Part shown: piece after piece, positions 24,188 to 37,260 of the stretch
Layout of the letters: each line of letters starts with the position of its first letter
Position numbering within the stretch: position 1 is the stretch's first letter
Assembly (NCBI GenBank): GCA_965649765.1
Contig: OZ287751.1
Location: 26,846,001 to 26,910,000 of the forward strand
Direction: 5' to 3'
Source of the DNA: Bispira polyomma
Lineage: Eukaryota
DNA: 64,000 bases
The notes under the pieces: model-generated
Told to the model about the DNA's origin: nothing
The model's database searches: none
Seen by the model: the letters and a program-made list of their open reading frames with translations, nothing else
Position numbers and translations under genes: made by a program

Positions 24188-27100
24188 TTAAAACTTATAG
24201 AACAAACCTATTTCCTTTAAATAATTAAAAATACTATTTACATTGCTATTTAATAAATCTTTCATATTATTAACATTAATAAACTTTTTTTGAATGTCAT
24301 GTAGGTCGATACAGTCCAATAATATATGCCTGACTGTATCGGGACAATGACATGGAATGCACCAGGGCTTATCCTCACCTTTCAACAGATAACTATGTGT
24401 AAAATAGGTGTGTCCTATACGGGCTCGAGTAATAACTATTTCTTCCCTACGAGATAAACCTGTCCAAAAATTAAAATCTCCAACTGTAGGGTTTATTTGA
24501 AATAGTTTGTTATCAGGACACGCATTCCATTGGGCTTGCCACTTTTGTTTAAAAACACTATTTACATTAACTTTGAAGTCTGTATAGGGGACTTTCAAGT
24601 CTAAAATGTTAAAATTCAATGCTTGTTTGGCAAGCTTGTCTGCCACTTCATTGCCCTTAATACCTACATGACTAGGAACCCATGCTAAAACTACTTTTTT
24701 GTTCACTGACAAACACTGATTAAAAACCTTTAAAATATCCTGTAAATAGGGATGATCACAGTTATTGCCATCAATGGCTTTCAGACTAGATAGAGAGTCA
24801 GTGAATATAATAAACTTTAATCCCTCACAATGTCTAATAATGTTAAATGCCATTTTCAGAGCCTGCAATTCAGCTGTGAATATGCTAGCATTGCCAGGTA
24901 ATCTAACTTGGGCACTGAGGCCATTTGATGTTGCTGCTGCAGCTACTTTGTTTTTATCTTTAGAACCATCAGTATATATTGCCCTGTGATCAGAATAACA
25001 ATTGATCAACTGGCTAAAGAGACTTTGAAATAAATAATCGTCTCCTATATGTTTTTTATTTTGTGCCAAGTAGTAATCAATGTGTGGCTTTTGTATAGTC
25101 CAGGGTGGGTCTTCTGGCAATGACACAGTCTGAATTAAATCCAACCGAGGACAGACAGCAGCTAAGTCTGCCTTAATACGATGCCCAAATGATCTTATAG
25201 CTGATGGTTTATTTTCATACTTATCAATGTACTGGGGGTTATATACTACTTCATAGGTTGGATTTTGAGGGTTACTTCTCAACTTTATTGCATACTGAAC
25301 ACACAGTTTATGAAATCTCAGGTATAATGGTGGTTCATTAGCTTCTACATATAAGCTTTGCATTGGAGAAGTCCTGAAGGCTCCTAGGCATATTCTTAAG
25401 CCCTGGTTTTGAATGGGTTCCAATTTTCTCAAATAAGACTTACGGGCAGAGCTAAAAACTGCACAACCATATTCCATCCTTGATCTAACAAAAGATCGAT
25501 ACATCCTTAGTAGTACACTTCTGTCTGCACCCCAATCCATTTTTGACACTACTTTTAATAAATTCATTGCTTTGTCACATTTCTTACGCACATAGTCAAT
25601 ATGTGCTTTAAAATTCAACTTGTTATCAAGTATAATGCCAAGAAACTTTGTTTGTGTTACTACAGGTATTTGAGTGCCATATAATGTTAATGTAGGATCT
25701 AGATGGAGTTTTCTTTTGTTACAGAAGTGCATGCATACTGTTTTAGTTTTAGAAAATTTAAAACCATTTTCATCAGCCCATTTTTCAATTTTATTCAGGC
25801 ATAGCTGTAATTGTCTCTCTATAGAGGCCATATTATTTGAGCTATATGTTATTGAGAGGTCATCAACAAAGAGAGACTTTTCAAAGTTGGATGGAATAAT
25901 ATCACTTATGCTATTGATTTTTAAAACAAACAAAGTAACAGCAAGGATACTTCCTTGAGGAACACCCATTTCCTGATTTTGCATATCTGAATAAACTGAT
26001 CCTAGACGAACTTTAAAAACTCTATTGGATAAAAAATTCTGAATAAAAACAGGCATTCTACCACGAAGCCCTGCCTTATACAAATCTCTGGCAACACCAT
26101 ATTTCCAAACAGTATCATATGCTTTTTCTAAATCAAAAAATACTGAAACTACATGGTTGCCTTTTAAAAATGAATCTCTAATTAAAGATTCAAGCCGAAC
26201 TAATTGGTCTGTTGTCGTTCGACCTTTTCTAAAACCACTTTGATGTACACTTAAAATGTTGTTTTTTTCAAGAAACCAAACCAATCTTGCATTTATCATT
26301 CTTTCCATGGTCTTGCACAAGCAGCTCGTCAAAGATATGGGACGGTAATTAGACGGGTTTTGTGGGTCTTTACCAGGCTTAGGAATGGGTATAATAATTG
26401 CTTCTTTCCAGCATTCAGGGATTTCACCAGTTATCCATATTTCATTAAATATGTCTAATAGTACCACAAGTGAATCCCTTGGCAAATGTTTAAGTAATTG
26501 ATAATGTACTTCATCAGGCCCTGTGGCTGTATCATGAGACTTTTTTAATGCATCTATCAATTCTGATATATTGAACTCCATGTTATAATTTTCTTGGTTT
26601 CTTGATGCAAAATTAAGCTTTTCTTTTTCAGTCTTTTCCTGATATTTCTGAAACTTAACAGAGTAATTTTTACTGCTGGAATTTTTGCTTATTTCTTCTG
26701 CCAAGATATTTGCTATATCTCCTCTTTCTGTTATTTTACTTCCATCAGTATTTACTAGATGTCTTACTGTTGTATTATTTTGCCTCCCATTTATTTTCCT
26801 AAGCATTTCCCATACCTTTTTGGCTGAAGTATTTGTATTTAGTTTCGATATATATTCCTGCCAGGAGTTTCTTTTAGCTGCTTTAATTACACTCCGAGCC
26901 TTAGCCCTGCAGTTTCTATATTCATTTATATTTGCCGATGTTGGATTTATTCGGCATTTATCTAGGGCTTTCTGACGAGCTTTTTGGACCCTTTTACATT
27001 CATCATTAAACCATGGTTTAAAACTACCAGTGGACTGTCCTGAGGATTTAGGTATACTTTTTGTGGCTGTGTCATTCAATTTACTCATAAAAACAGGAAA

Positions 27101-27886
27101 CTTGTCATTCAAATTTTGAAATGTATGTCTATTAATTTCAAGTGAGCAATGTAGCTGATATTTTACCCAATCAGCCTTTTTAATGTTCCAACGGGGTGCA
27201 TTGTCTCTTGGTATATTTTTAACTATATCGATTAGAATTGGGAAATGATCACTACCACATTGGTCACTGTGAACTTGCCAAGTAAAGTCAAGGAATATTG
27301 AACTGGAACATAATGATAAATCTATTGCAGTTAAAGATCCTGTAGCTGGATGTAGGTATGTAGGAGAATAGTCATTGAGTAAACAAACGCCAGATGAATC
27401 TAATATATGCTCAATCTTTTCACCTCTACTATCACAGTGATTTGAACCCCACAACTCATTATGGGCATTAAAGTCACCTATTAATAAAAATGGTTGTGGC
27501 AGTTCATTGACTAGATTATCTAAGTTTTTCTGTGTAACTGTACAACTTGGTGGAATATATATACAACATATAGTTATGGTTTTGTGTAGGGATACTTTAA
27601 CTGCTACGGCTTGTAACTGTGTAGTTTAGGAGATTACTTCGTGTGGCACACCTTTTTTAACAAATAATGAGCAACCTCCAAATACTCTTCCATTAACTTC
27701 TGAAACACTAGTTTTGTAATAGTGATCAAAGCCTCTCAACTTGTAATTATCATTGTCTTTAAAATATGTTTCCTGCAAAGCTAAAATGTATGGACTAAAA
27801 TCAGAAATTAAATGTTTAATTTCTTCAAAATTTGGCTTATAGCCACGACAGTTCCACTGGATAATGTGTTTTTGGTTTGGTTTCAT
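24188..27886 (-). pseudogene. LINE ORF2 (APE endonuclease, RT, RNase H, CCHC), ~1232 codons with one in-frame TAA at 27626-27628
   Basis: ORFs 27626-27886 and 24188-27454 are in the same frame. Motifs: QWNCRG, LQET, GDFNAH, GSDHFPI, YRPISLTSC, DLEKAYD, GVPQGS, LFVDD, YTDGSK, AELQAL, TDSLS, WVPSHVGIKGNEVAD, CxxC..HILLDC. Confidence 0.93.
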
Positions 27887-27895
27887 TATTTAATT

Positions 27896-29128
27896 TTATT
27901 TACAATTTTGACTCCGGGGTCTTCCTCTATTATTTTGTGGTGGTAGGTCAACCATCATTTCATGATCATCCTCACCATCTGAGTAAAGAGTATCTTGTTT
28001 ATTATATTGTTTAATAAGATCATTTGACCCTTTTGAATTTCTATTTCTATTGAGAATTACCTTACTCTGGTTATTTGTCACTTTGACTGATTCATTTTGT
28101 GATTTGGTTGCTTCAGTTTGACATGAAGATGTAACTTTGGTTAAAACTACTTTTGAATCCTTTTCATTTGTTGCTTGTGGTAATTTTTTTGGACTTTTTA
28201 ATGTTTCTGGCCAAGTTATATCTGTCTGAGTTTCCTTGGAGCAAAGTGTCACAGATTTTGTTACTTTGGCATATGAAGTTTTTACATTATTAAATATTGA
28301 TATTTGTTTCTTGGCTTCTGTATAAGATATACCTCTTTCAGTTTTGATTTTTTGGATTTCTTTTTCTTCTTTCCATTTTGGGCAAGTTTTGTCGGTAGCT
28401 GAATGATTTCCCTCACAATTAATACACTTGGCATCATTTTCGCATTCATGTATATCTGTATGATTCTCACTACCACATTTTGGGCACACTTCTTTTCTTC
28501 TACATGTAAATTTTGTATGACCAAATTTTTGGCATCTGAAGCACCTCATTGGATTTGGAACAAACACTGACACAGGCACTCGCAAATAACCCACCCTGAT
28601 GTATTTTGGTAGAACTTGGCATGCAAAAGTCAATATGAAAGTCCCAGTACGCCTTCTTTCGCCCTCTCGAAAAATCGTTATTCGGTCCAACTTTACAACA
28701 CCCTCAGATTGTAAACCTTCTAATATTTCATCATCTGCACATTCTTTAATATCTGGACATCTTATCACTCCTTTCTTTGTATTCAAAGTATTGTGAGGGG
28801 TTACGCTGATTGGTATAGAGTAGTCCATTGTCAAGTCCAATTTTGTTGTTTTCAAAAGTTTGTCACTTTGCTTTTCTTTATCAACCTCAACTAAAATATT
28901 TCCTGATCTTAGTTTTTTTATGTTGATAGGTTCAGTGCCCAAAACAGATAAAATGGCCTTATTAACAGCAAAAGGTGAAAGTTTCAGTAGTGAATTTTCT
29001 GTATCAGAACCTTGCAAAAGTAAAAATCGAGGCCAAGAACAAGCAATACCAGTTTCCAAAGTCATAAATCCTGGGTCATTCGTAGGTCGAGTCCTTTTCC
29101 TTCCATCCGTTTGATTTTGTGATGCCAT
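27896..29128 (-). CDS. LINE ORF1, gag-like nucleic-acid-binding protein (~410 aa from the ATG at 29128)
   Basis: Zinc knuckles CFRCQKFGHTKFTC, CPKCGSENH..C and CINCEGNH..C, plus KLSPF..IKKLRSG and PHNTLNTKKGVI motifs typical of I/Nimb ORF1. Intact frame. Confidence 0.9.
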   Translation of the reverse strand: MASQNQTDGRKRTRPTNDPGFMTLETGIACSWPRFLLLQGSDTENSLLKLSPFAVNKAILSVLGTEPINIKKLRSGNILVEVDKEKQSDKLLKTTKLDLTMDYSIPISVTPHNTLNTKKGVIRCPDIKECADDEILEGLQSEGVVKLDRITIFREGERRRTGTFILTFACQVLPKYIRVGYLRVPVSVFVPNPMRCFRCQKFGHTKFTCRRKEVCPKCGSENHTDIHECENDAKCINCEGNHSATDKTCPKWKEEKEIQKIKTERGISYTEAKKQISIFNNVKTSYAKVTKSVTLCSKETQTDITWPETLKSPKKLPQATNEKDSKVVLTKVTSSCQTEATKSQNESVKVTNNQSKVILNRNRNSKGSNDLIKQYNKQDTLYSDGEDDHEMMVDLPPQNNRGRPRSQNCK

Positions 29129-30150
29129 GGTTAAATAGTGAATATTCACTGCCAATGCTCTCCACCCACCCTTCGAGCCCAACAAGGGGATACCGAATTG
29201 TGTGGGGCTATGCCCAGCACACAGGTACCAGAGATACATTGGCAGTATACTCAAAGCACACTAAAAGTGAACCTCAATTGACCTGTTAAGCAGCCGCCTT
29301 CTAGATACTCCAAACAAAAGCACAAACCAGATACCAGCAGAATAAAACTAACAAAACAACGATATAAACATTCACCAACAACAAACCATCACTTAATTTG
29401 GAGCACTAGGGCTTGGCACTACCAGCCGATTGGTTAAGCCAGGCCATCTTAACCATCCGTCTAAGTGAAATTGAGGCCAAAGCTGTGTATTGCCTCCTCA
29501 ATGCCGCAACAAGGTATCGGCTCAACAACCAGGATCCTCTCTTCCACTGACACGGACCGCAACCCACGGCAAACAGGTTGCCCCCAATTAGTCGCCTCTT
29601 ACGACACGCTGGAGGATACGTTGGGCCTATTCTACTTCCCCGGACCCACAGGGGGATCTAAAAATGAAATAAACGTAAATGTAAACCCAGTGTGACCAAG
29701 CCTTAATTAAATTTTTTTCTAAAGTTAAACATGTACAACATTTAAATTGGTTCCAAACTGAATGAGAATTTCTGACAAACATGAGACTTAAGCAAGGCTA
29801 AAGAGATGGTTATATGTTCAACTGACAAAATGTGGTGTGAGATTTTGGCCCATTTACTTAGTTGATGGGCTTTGCAGTGCCATTTTCTAACAGGTTGGGG
29901 AATTGGTGGGAAATTCTCAACTCTCAAGACGACAGTATTGGCATCTTAAATAAAAACAGCTGAGGCACATTTTTTGTTTCTGTGAATATATTGGGTAATG
30001 TTTAACACTTAAAGGAATATATTTCACTCATTGCAGAGTTTTCAATACCAGAATATTTGTTGATGTGTTTGTGTTTGTAGTAGAGATTTAATGAAATTAG
30101 AAATTACCTATAATAGTTTATAATACATAGGTCACACATATCACTGTTAA

Positions 30151-32690
30151 TGGTATTGTTCCACTATCAAGACTAGTCAGGGGGATGGGCTGATTATATG
30201 ATCAGGGTCAATCGTGGGCAATTTGTCCTGATTGGTTTCAAAAAGTGTGAGAAAAAATGAGTCCAATTATATTTGTATTGTGCAAGGACCAAAGAGATAA
30301 CTCGTTAGTAAACCACAGAAGGTTAGATAAATTGATGTGATTAGACTCCAGGATCACATATTTTTGCCCCTGACCTCCCTGATTGAAAAAGATAAGTTGT
30401 TGCAGCCAGTTACGATCCAAAAAAATAAGTAGTTAGAACACCCCAACCTACTCGTACACAAAGATAACTTGGCGCCTTCAAGTGACTGATCCTAACCAAA
30501 TCCTGGGCAATCAAAATTTGGGGGCTTTGATATGCCACTACATGCTATAAAAGGGGGCAGAGAACTTGTATTCAGACAGTTATAATTGAGAAGTCAAGTA
30601 AGAAAGATGATACCAGAAGGTATTATAAATAAGAGGGGAGCAAGGCAAAGGTTCTGGGTCAAGCCATGGCTGAGGGGAGGGAATGATATGAACACTACAC
30701 AGCACTTATACCACTCGTGGAGTTGGAAGATGTCTAGTAGTATGACAACCTCCTCAGGATGACACCTGGTGTGTTCCTGGAGATAGAGAGGAGGGGTGGA
30801 GAACAGGGTACAGAAACAGACCACCTGGTACAGGAAGCCACTTTCCCCTGGATTCAAGATAGCTATCACTTTGAGGCATTTGGCTACTGGGGAGTCATAC
30901 ACATCACTGCAGTACTCTTTTGTAGTGGGCAGGTCAACCATCAATGTTACCCCTATACTCAAAAAGTCAAATCTAAACAGAAATAGTCTTAAAAATTACA
31001 GACCAGTGTCAAATCTAAGCTTTGTCTCTAAATTGATTAAAAAAGCCGTTGCTCTCCAAATAAATGAACCCTTACGCACCAACAATTTGGGAAAATACAC
31101 ACCAGTCAGCCTACAGAAAATACCATTCAACGGAAACAGCACTTCTAAAAATTTGCAGTGACATCAATATGATCTTGGACAGGGATGGTGTAGTTGCCCT
31201 TACTCTTCTTGATTTGTCTGCTGTGTTTGATACAATTGACCACAAGGTACTTTCTGAATGCCTAAATACTTGGTTTGTGCTATCAGACTTCAGTTCTTTA
31301 ATAGATTGAATCCTATCTGGAATGCCGTGATCAGGGTCAACAGAGCTAAGTCATCTTCTTTTAATCTCCCGTTCGGTGTCCCTCAAGGTTTGTTCCTTGG
31401 GTCCCTTCTGTTTTCACTGTAAACTACTCCCTTTGAAAATAAAATATGCTTACACCACAATATCAGCTATCACTTCTATGCAGATGACACACAGATCTAC
31501 TACTCCCTCCATCCAGGTCCTAGAACAGCTTTCTAGCTGCCTGAATTCGATTGAATCTTGGATGAGTAATTCAAAATTGAAATGAATTCCTGCTTATCTG
31601 CTTCAAACATCAAAAGAAAAAGGTCCTTGACTTCTTTCCTACTACTCTCATTGCTGACAGTGCGAAGAACCTAAGAGTCACTTTTGACTGACTTCTCCTT
31701 CAAAAAACATGTCTCCAATATCTGTCGTTCCGGCTACTGCAACATCTTTGACTTTCTTAGGATTCAACGGCATTTAACTCTAGAAAATGCCATTGCAGTG
31801 GCAAATGACCTGGTATAAAGTCGGCTAGATTACTGCAACTCACTACTATATGGAATTGGACAGGGCTAAATATACAAGCTACAGAAATTAAAACGACCTG
31901 TGCGGAATAGTAAGCCATGCTGGCCCTCGCACTCACACACATCCCCCCTCCTTAAACAATTACATTGGCTACCTATTGAGTTCTGTGTTTAATTTAAGGT
32001 AATTATCCTTATTTTTACGACAGTTCATGTACATCAACATGCCTACTTATCATCTATGCTGTCTCTTAGCAATCTAACAAGATGTAATCATCTCTCCACC
32101 TCAGGTTTCTTACCCAAAAAATCAGCTGGTTCAAAATCATTTTTAGAGTAGCACCTGCTGAGTGGAACAGCCTCCCTACTAGTCTTCGGATTGAGACAAG
32201 CATCACAGGTTTCAGAAAAAAGCTCAAAACACATCTGTATCAGCTCGCTTTGCCAACCTAGCATTCATCTGCTGGTCAGGACTGAACTCTGATCACCAAC
32301 CATTTTCTGTCTACCAGTCTGTTTGCACACTGATTAGGATATGCGCCACAGAGGATGCCTGGTCATCGATTGTGGCACTATAAAACTAAAAACATCAACA
32401 AGTTTGTGCAGAAGGTTTGACAGGCCATCATAGATAAGTACCAGGAAGAATTTCTCATATGCCCTACCACCCCTGAGGACTGGAAGAAGGTTAAGCCTGT
32501 CTTTAGAAATACGTGTAATGTTCCAAATTTTTAGAGGGCCATAGACGGCAAGCACATTGCTATTAGATGCCTGTGAAAAGGTGGGAGCGAGTACATCAAC
32601 TACAAGGGATTCACTCGATCGTCATACTTGTCCTAGTAGACATGGATTACTGTTTCCTATGGGTCAACTTCGGTTCAAGAGAACAGTTCA
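30151..32690 (+). mobile_element. PIF/Harbinger transposon (left end plus decayed DDE transposase) interrupted by an L2 insertion
   Basis: Terminus TAA|TGGTATTGTTCCACTATCAAGACTAG. RFWVKPWL and PLSPGFKIAITLRHLATGESYTSLQYSF..GRSTI precede the insertion; INKFV..CPTTPEDWKKV..AIDGKHIAI..YINYKG follow it. Confidence 0.85.
30945..32392 (+). mobile_element. 5'-truncated L2 LINE inserted in the Harbinger transposase
   Basis: NYRPVSNLSFVSK, STETALL, LLDLSA.FDT, FYADD and WNSLP motifs, with a 3' stem-loop. Flanking CATCAA at 30939-30944 and 32393-32398. Confidence 0.88.
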
Positions 32691-32799
32691 GCTGTTATCA
32701 ACTGATAATTTGAAAAATAGTGCAATTTGTTACTATTTTGTTGTGACTAAAGTTTGTACAGAAATCACACTAACATTTTTATTAAGGTGTTTACCTAGT

Positions 32800-33110
32800 T
32801 ACCTAAGTGACTTATTGAGCCTAGTGAGTTCCACTTTGAACCATCGGGTCTAAGGTTTAATCATTGCTGCTGGTCTGGAGATTATACCCATGGGCAAGGT
32901 ATATTACACAAAGTTGTCGCTTTTCAACCAAGCGTGTAAATTGGCACCTGGCTACTAATGGGTGTTAGTCTTTGCGCCTTATGTGGCAGCATGGTTAGTA
33001 TGCTTCCTCAGAGTGGACGATTGGTTAACAAGTGGAAGAACCCAGGCTGGGAGTGTAAACTATAAAGTCGGATGAGACCTCACTAGGGGTAATATCATAC
33101 TATGAACCTA
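32800..33110 (+). mobile_element. Degenerate SINE with Nin/Deu-like central domain
   Basis: CCCATGGGCAAGG...TTCAACCAAGCGTGTAAATTGGCACCTGG resembles the conserved SINE core. The head is degraded. Confidence 0.45.
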
Positions 33111-35717
33111 CACCCCTACATTTTTAAAAATTAAATACAGTTTCACACTTCTTTATTTCAATACTTTTTGTGATACGTTTCTGTAATTCATAGTCACCTT
33201 AAAACTATAAATTATTACACTAACTTGGGGCTAAAATAAACACACACTGTTTCATATTAACATATTTGCCTGCTCTCTGAGCATTCGCAAACTAAATAAC
33301 TAGGCCGAAGTAATTAAAATAAATTGGTGGTCTTCTGGAGGTGAGCAACCTGACCTCCTTAAATTAGAAAGGCTATACATTTTACACAGCTATTTTTTTA
33401 ATGCTGACACACATAGAAAGAATCACCACGGCACCAGTTATGGATTTCCAAGACTCATGGTTTTACTGAGAGCTTACAGTAATTTTAGCAAAGCTTGCAT
33501 GGATTAAGTTACAGATATTTATTCAAGAACACACACATATGCCTGCATGTTAACCTTTCCAATTCTAGGCTAGTAATACATTTACACTGAAAATTTATAC
33601 AAGAATGGATACAAAAAGGCAAGAATGACAAAGAAGCCTTTACAGTTGCCATACAGTAGAGCGAAGATTTCATGGTAGGTTTCTATGCATTTGCTGCATG
33701 GCAATGGAACTTTTAAACATTTCCAAACAATCATGGAGCAAAGGTGAATGTGGAAGAACAAATTCTAGATGTACAAGAACATACAAATAACATTTCCTTA
33801 ATGGCTTTACCATGGTTGACATACACAGATTTAAGTTTGTGACCTTCTTTCACTGTGATCCTTCTATGTGTGATCTGGGCTTTAGAGGGCCCCAGGGGGT
33901 ATATAAAATGTCAACATGCCAACAGACTATTGCCAGTGTCTAATAAGCAAGTAGTAAAGGATCTCTAAAAGTTGTATTGACACTGTGGGTTATCGAGGGG
34001 ATGTATTGTCAGTGTGCTGGTCCTAATTGATGGTTTTTCTGCACTCACAAACTTGGAAGATATTCAAATTTATTTGGGGCCTTGTTCTTTCCACATGGCC
34101 TATTTATGGTTACCATTATTTTAAAGATATGTCCTACCTTCAAATTCGGCTTCTGCAACATGTGGGCCACATACCATAAATGCAAATTTGCCAGTAGACT
34201 TGCTGAAGACCGGTAATTTTCTAAACGGCTTATTGCCACCAATAAACTACCCATCTTGAAACATCTTGACATTTTTATGTTTTGTTCAATAGGTTACATA
34301 TAGAAATAAATATAATCAAATAATTTTTGGGGGCTAATATGTTGAATAATTATTGATTGGTTTTGTTTTCTCTTGTAAAAAGCCAGAACAGATTCCCCGA
34401 AATCTGTTAAATCAAGGAACCAATTACTAAATACAGGATATCTTCCTAAATCGTAAAATTGTGATATGAAACTAAACTTGATCATAATTTGCTTAACTTA
34501 AAAAAAAGCCGAAATTAACATCTCTGTAAAGAATGGCCTTTAAAAATGGAATGGGATATTAACCAGGATGTATACATGTATAAGCAAATGCAGCACTAAG
34601 CATATTACTCACACCAATGTTGCATGCCATATATAATCGTTGATGTTCATACTGGATTCTGGAATGTTCGAGTGGGTTATTGACACACTATTATCTTACT
34701 CATACTTTTTGGCACAATACCCGTCACGTTAATCACCTTGAAGAACTGGGTGTTGATACATGGACTTTCACCAAGCACTACACTATTGCAGCTGCATAAT
34801 TCATATGCAGAATGAAGCCAGAAACCTTGTAGAAGTAATTTGTATCACACACTTGTAAAGACTAATTTGATTCGTTACCTTCAGGGATGGTGAGGGGCCA
34901 ATTTGGGCAGAATCAACAATGTCAGCCACACAAATATCCTTGTTATAATCCTAAATATAAATGTACTGCTCACAGTATTTGCTTTGTTATAACAAAGTGC
35001 ACCACTTCAAGGTTCATTGACCATGTGAACCTTCAGCAAAAGAAGGACATGTAGAAATCCACACGACATATATCGCAGAAAATTTTACTATTACTACAAG
35101 TGGCCTACAAAGAGGGCATTCAGCAGAGGCAAAAAAGGTAAACAAAAAATCCCGGAGTCACCCTTCTATTCTCATCTGCTCCAAAATGTAATGGGTACAG
35201 GTGTTGTAGTGATAACACAGTCGCCTCCCACTTCTGCTCTGATGGATTGAAAACTCAGCCCTGACATATTTGTGGGAAACTCAGCGGTATCTGTGTTGGT
35301 AGTCTGTAGAGCAGAAAACTTTGACCAACTAACTTGTTCTTAGTTCCTCAACCAAGTTATCTGCTCACCCCGATATGACACTAAACACAAACTAAACTCA
35401 AAGTTTGACGGAGTCTTCCTAGGACCATGCCCCATGATACCACCAAATTGTGTAAACCATGTTAATATAAATAACAATAAACGAACTAGCCAAAAAACAG
35501 GTGTGAAAACATATCTTTGGCCATGAGGTCATGACGAAGTAGGGAGAGGGATAAATTAGTTAGATTTAGATTAGAGATTTAAAATGCAATTTAAAAATGC
35601 CAAATTTACCAATGTAGATTTTTGTTTATATTCGGTATAATGCCACTTTAAACAAATGCATATTATATTGGCATAAGCAGTTCATTGTAAAATCCCCCGT
35701 GGTTGGGGTGTTGGTCT

Positions 35718-35720
<3 letters not shown>

Positions 35721-35763
<43 letters not shown>
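35721..35763. repeat. (TA)n microsatellite
   Basis: About 21 TA units. Confidence 0.98.
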
Positions 35764-35770
<7 letters not shown>

Positions 35771-36254
35771 TACACAATACATAGGTGACAATTCATTATA
35801 CAGATGTCAGACCAAGGTAACATAAAGAGTACAATACAATGTAAGACAATACATAGACAACAATTTATTATACAAATGTCAGACCAAGGAAACAAAGCCA
35901 ATCAAGTTTTACTGTCAGATATCATACATGTAATTCTGTGAAGACTATTAGTAAGTACAAATTATTTATTCATGCTTTAACTGAAACCTTTTTGTTCATA
36001 ATAGTGAGTTTTTATTGTATTTTCTCCGGCTATTGCTAGAAGTTTTACTTAAGACCTGCAATATATTTTTTATTATAAAGACCGGAAGTGCGCATAGAAC
36101 ACAAAAGCTGTCAGTGCACAATTCGTAGCCGTACTTTATCTGGGAAAATAGATCACGGAAAAATAGTTCCGTCAGCAGCTACAAAAATAGTTCACAGTAA
36201 GTTGGGAAATATCTTATTATTTGCTTTAAAATATAGTATTGTCAGTCTTTATAA

Positions 36255-36392
36255 TAGAAATAAAGTACACGGGCTTGTACTTTATTGGAGAATCAAGGAC
36301 AGCCTTCCGGCCTGCCGGCCCTCATCCATTATTCAGCCATAAGTCAGTCCTTGATTCTCCAATAAAGTACTCGCCCTTGAACTTTATTTCTA
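36255..36392. mobile_element. Small palindromic (hairpin) MITE
   Basis: ~46-bp arms, TAGAAATAAAGTACACGGGCTTGTACTTTATTGGAGAATCAAGGAC and its near reverse complement. Similar hairpin elements at ~52527-52677 and ~57350-57445. Confidence 0.7.
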
Positions 36393-37029
36393 CAATGCAA
36401 AAGAAATTAAAATCAAAGAAAATTAAAATTTTGTTTTTAGATTTCATATGTTTTAGAAACTGTTTTCTAAAAAAAAGTGCATAGTTAACAATTTCTCTTA
36501 TTGGATCACTAGGAATACCAAAAATTTCTTCACACAGAGTAAAGCTGAATTTAACTACTAACTGATCGTAAATCCAAGTTTCTAATTTCTTACGAAAAAT
36601 TCTTGATTTATTACTTAGCTAAGGTAAGGTTGTAGTCTTTTATATATAAGTGGAACCGTTTTACATAAATTTTACATTTTAGTGCTTTTTATTGCTATAT
36701 TCATGTAACTTTTACATGCTTACCATGTTGCGTGAACTTGAATTTAATTAAAAAAACTTAAGGTCACCTTTATTTATACATACGTAAACTTGTTAATGTC
36801 TCTTTTATTACAGTAACTTAAACTCATATTCCAAACTCACAGTTAAGGTTACTTTAAAGTTTAACCTTAACTTTAGGTTGAGGCAATATTAAACTCATGC
36901 TTTAAACTAAGTTGACAACAAATATTTTTATTGTAGTAATGTAAATAGCATAGTAGATCTAACCCCTAGAAAGTATTAAAATTAATATCCCCAAATAAAG
37001 GTGTTTTTACTAACTTCATACAAATGTCA

Positions 37030-37260
37030 CAATCAGAGGCATTCTTCATTCCAACAGCGCTTCTCAAGGAAAGGGAAAGTTTTTATCCAGAAATCAATTG
37101 AGCTTGGAGGTTTCAGTGTCATGTAGGCTAGCTTACTAGTGCATTTATTTAGAAGAACTCGATTTCTATTAATTTTGACATGTATATCATTAATCCAGCG
37201 ATCAGAATTAGTCAGCTTATCTTCTGTGTAATGAGTGTACAAGACTTCATACCCAGATTA
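37030..37260 (-). mobile_element. Possible L1/Tx1-like LINE C-terminal remnant
   Basis: The translation TSKLAY..PSSIDFWIKTFPFLE..W resembles the region ahead of the L1/Tx1 zf-RVT domain. Confidence 0.35.

Larger units (their letters stand above)
23863..29656 (-). mobile_element. Full-length I-clade (Nimb-like) non-LTR retrotransposon with RNase H
   Basis: Perfect 12-bp TSD TCTAAAAATGAA at 23851-23862 and 29657-29668. Contains ORF1 with zinc knuckles, ORF2 EN-RT-RNaseH-CCHC, a ~530-bp 5' UTR, and a T-rich 3' UTR with a terminal hairpin. Confidence 0.95.
23425..29703. mobile_element. Possible Harbinger-like MITE (~480 bp of its own sequence) split by the I/Nimb LINE
   Basis: Ends TGGCCCACTCACACTGG and (reverse complement) AGGCTTGGTCACACTGG match at 12/17. 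Flanks are TTA and TAA. Confidence 0.35.

Noticed and set aside
29129-29254. Extended N-terminus of LINE ORF1 from the ORF-track start at 29254
   Set aside because: That start is a non-ATG codon in the 5' UTR. The ATG at 29128 (MASQ..) is the more typical start, although an in-frame ATG further upstream cannot be excluded.
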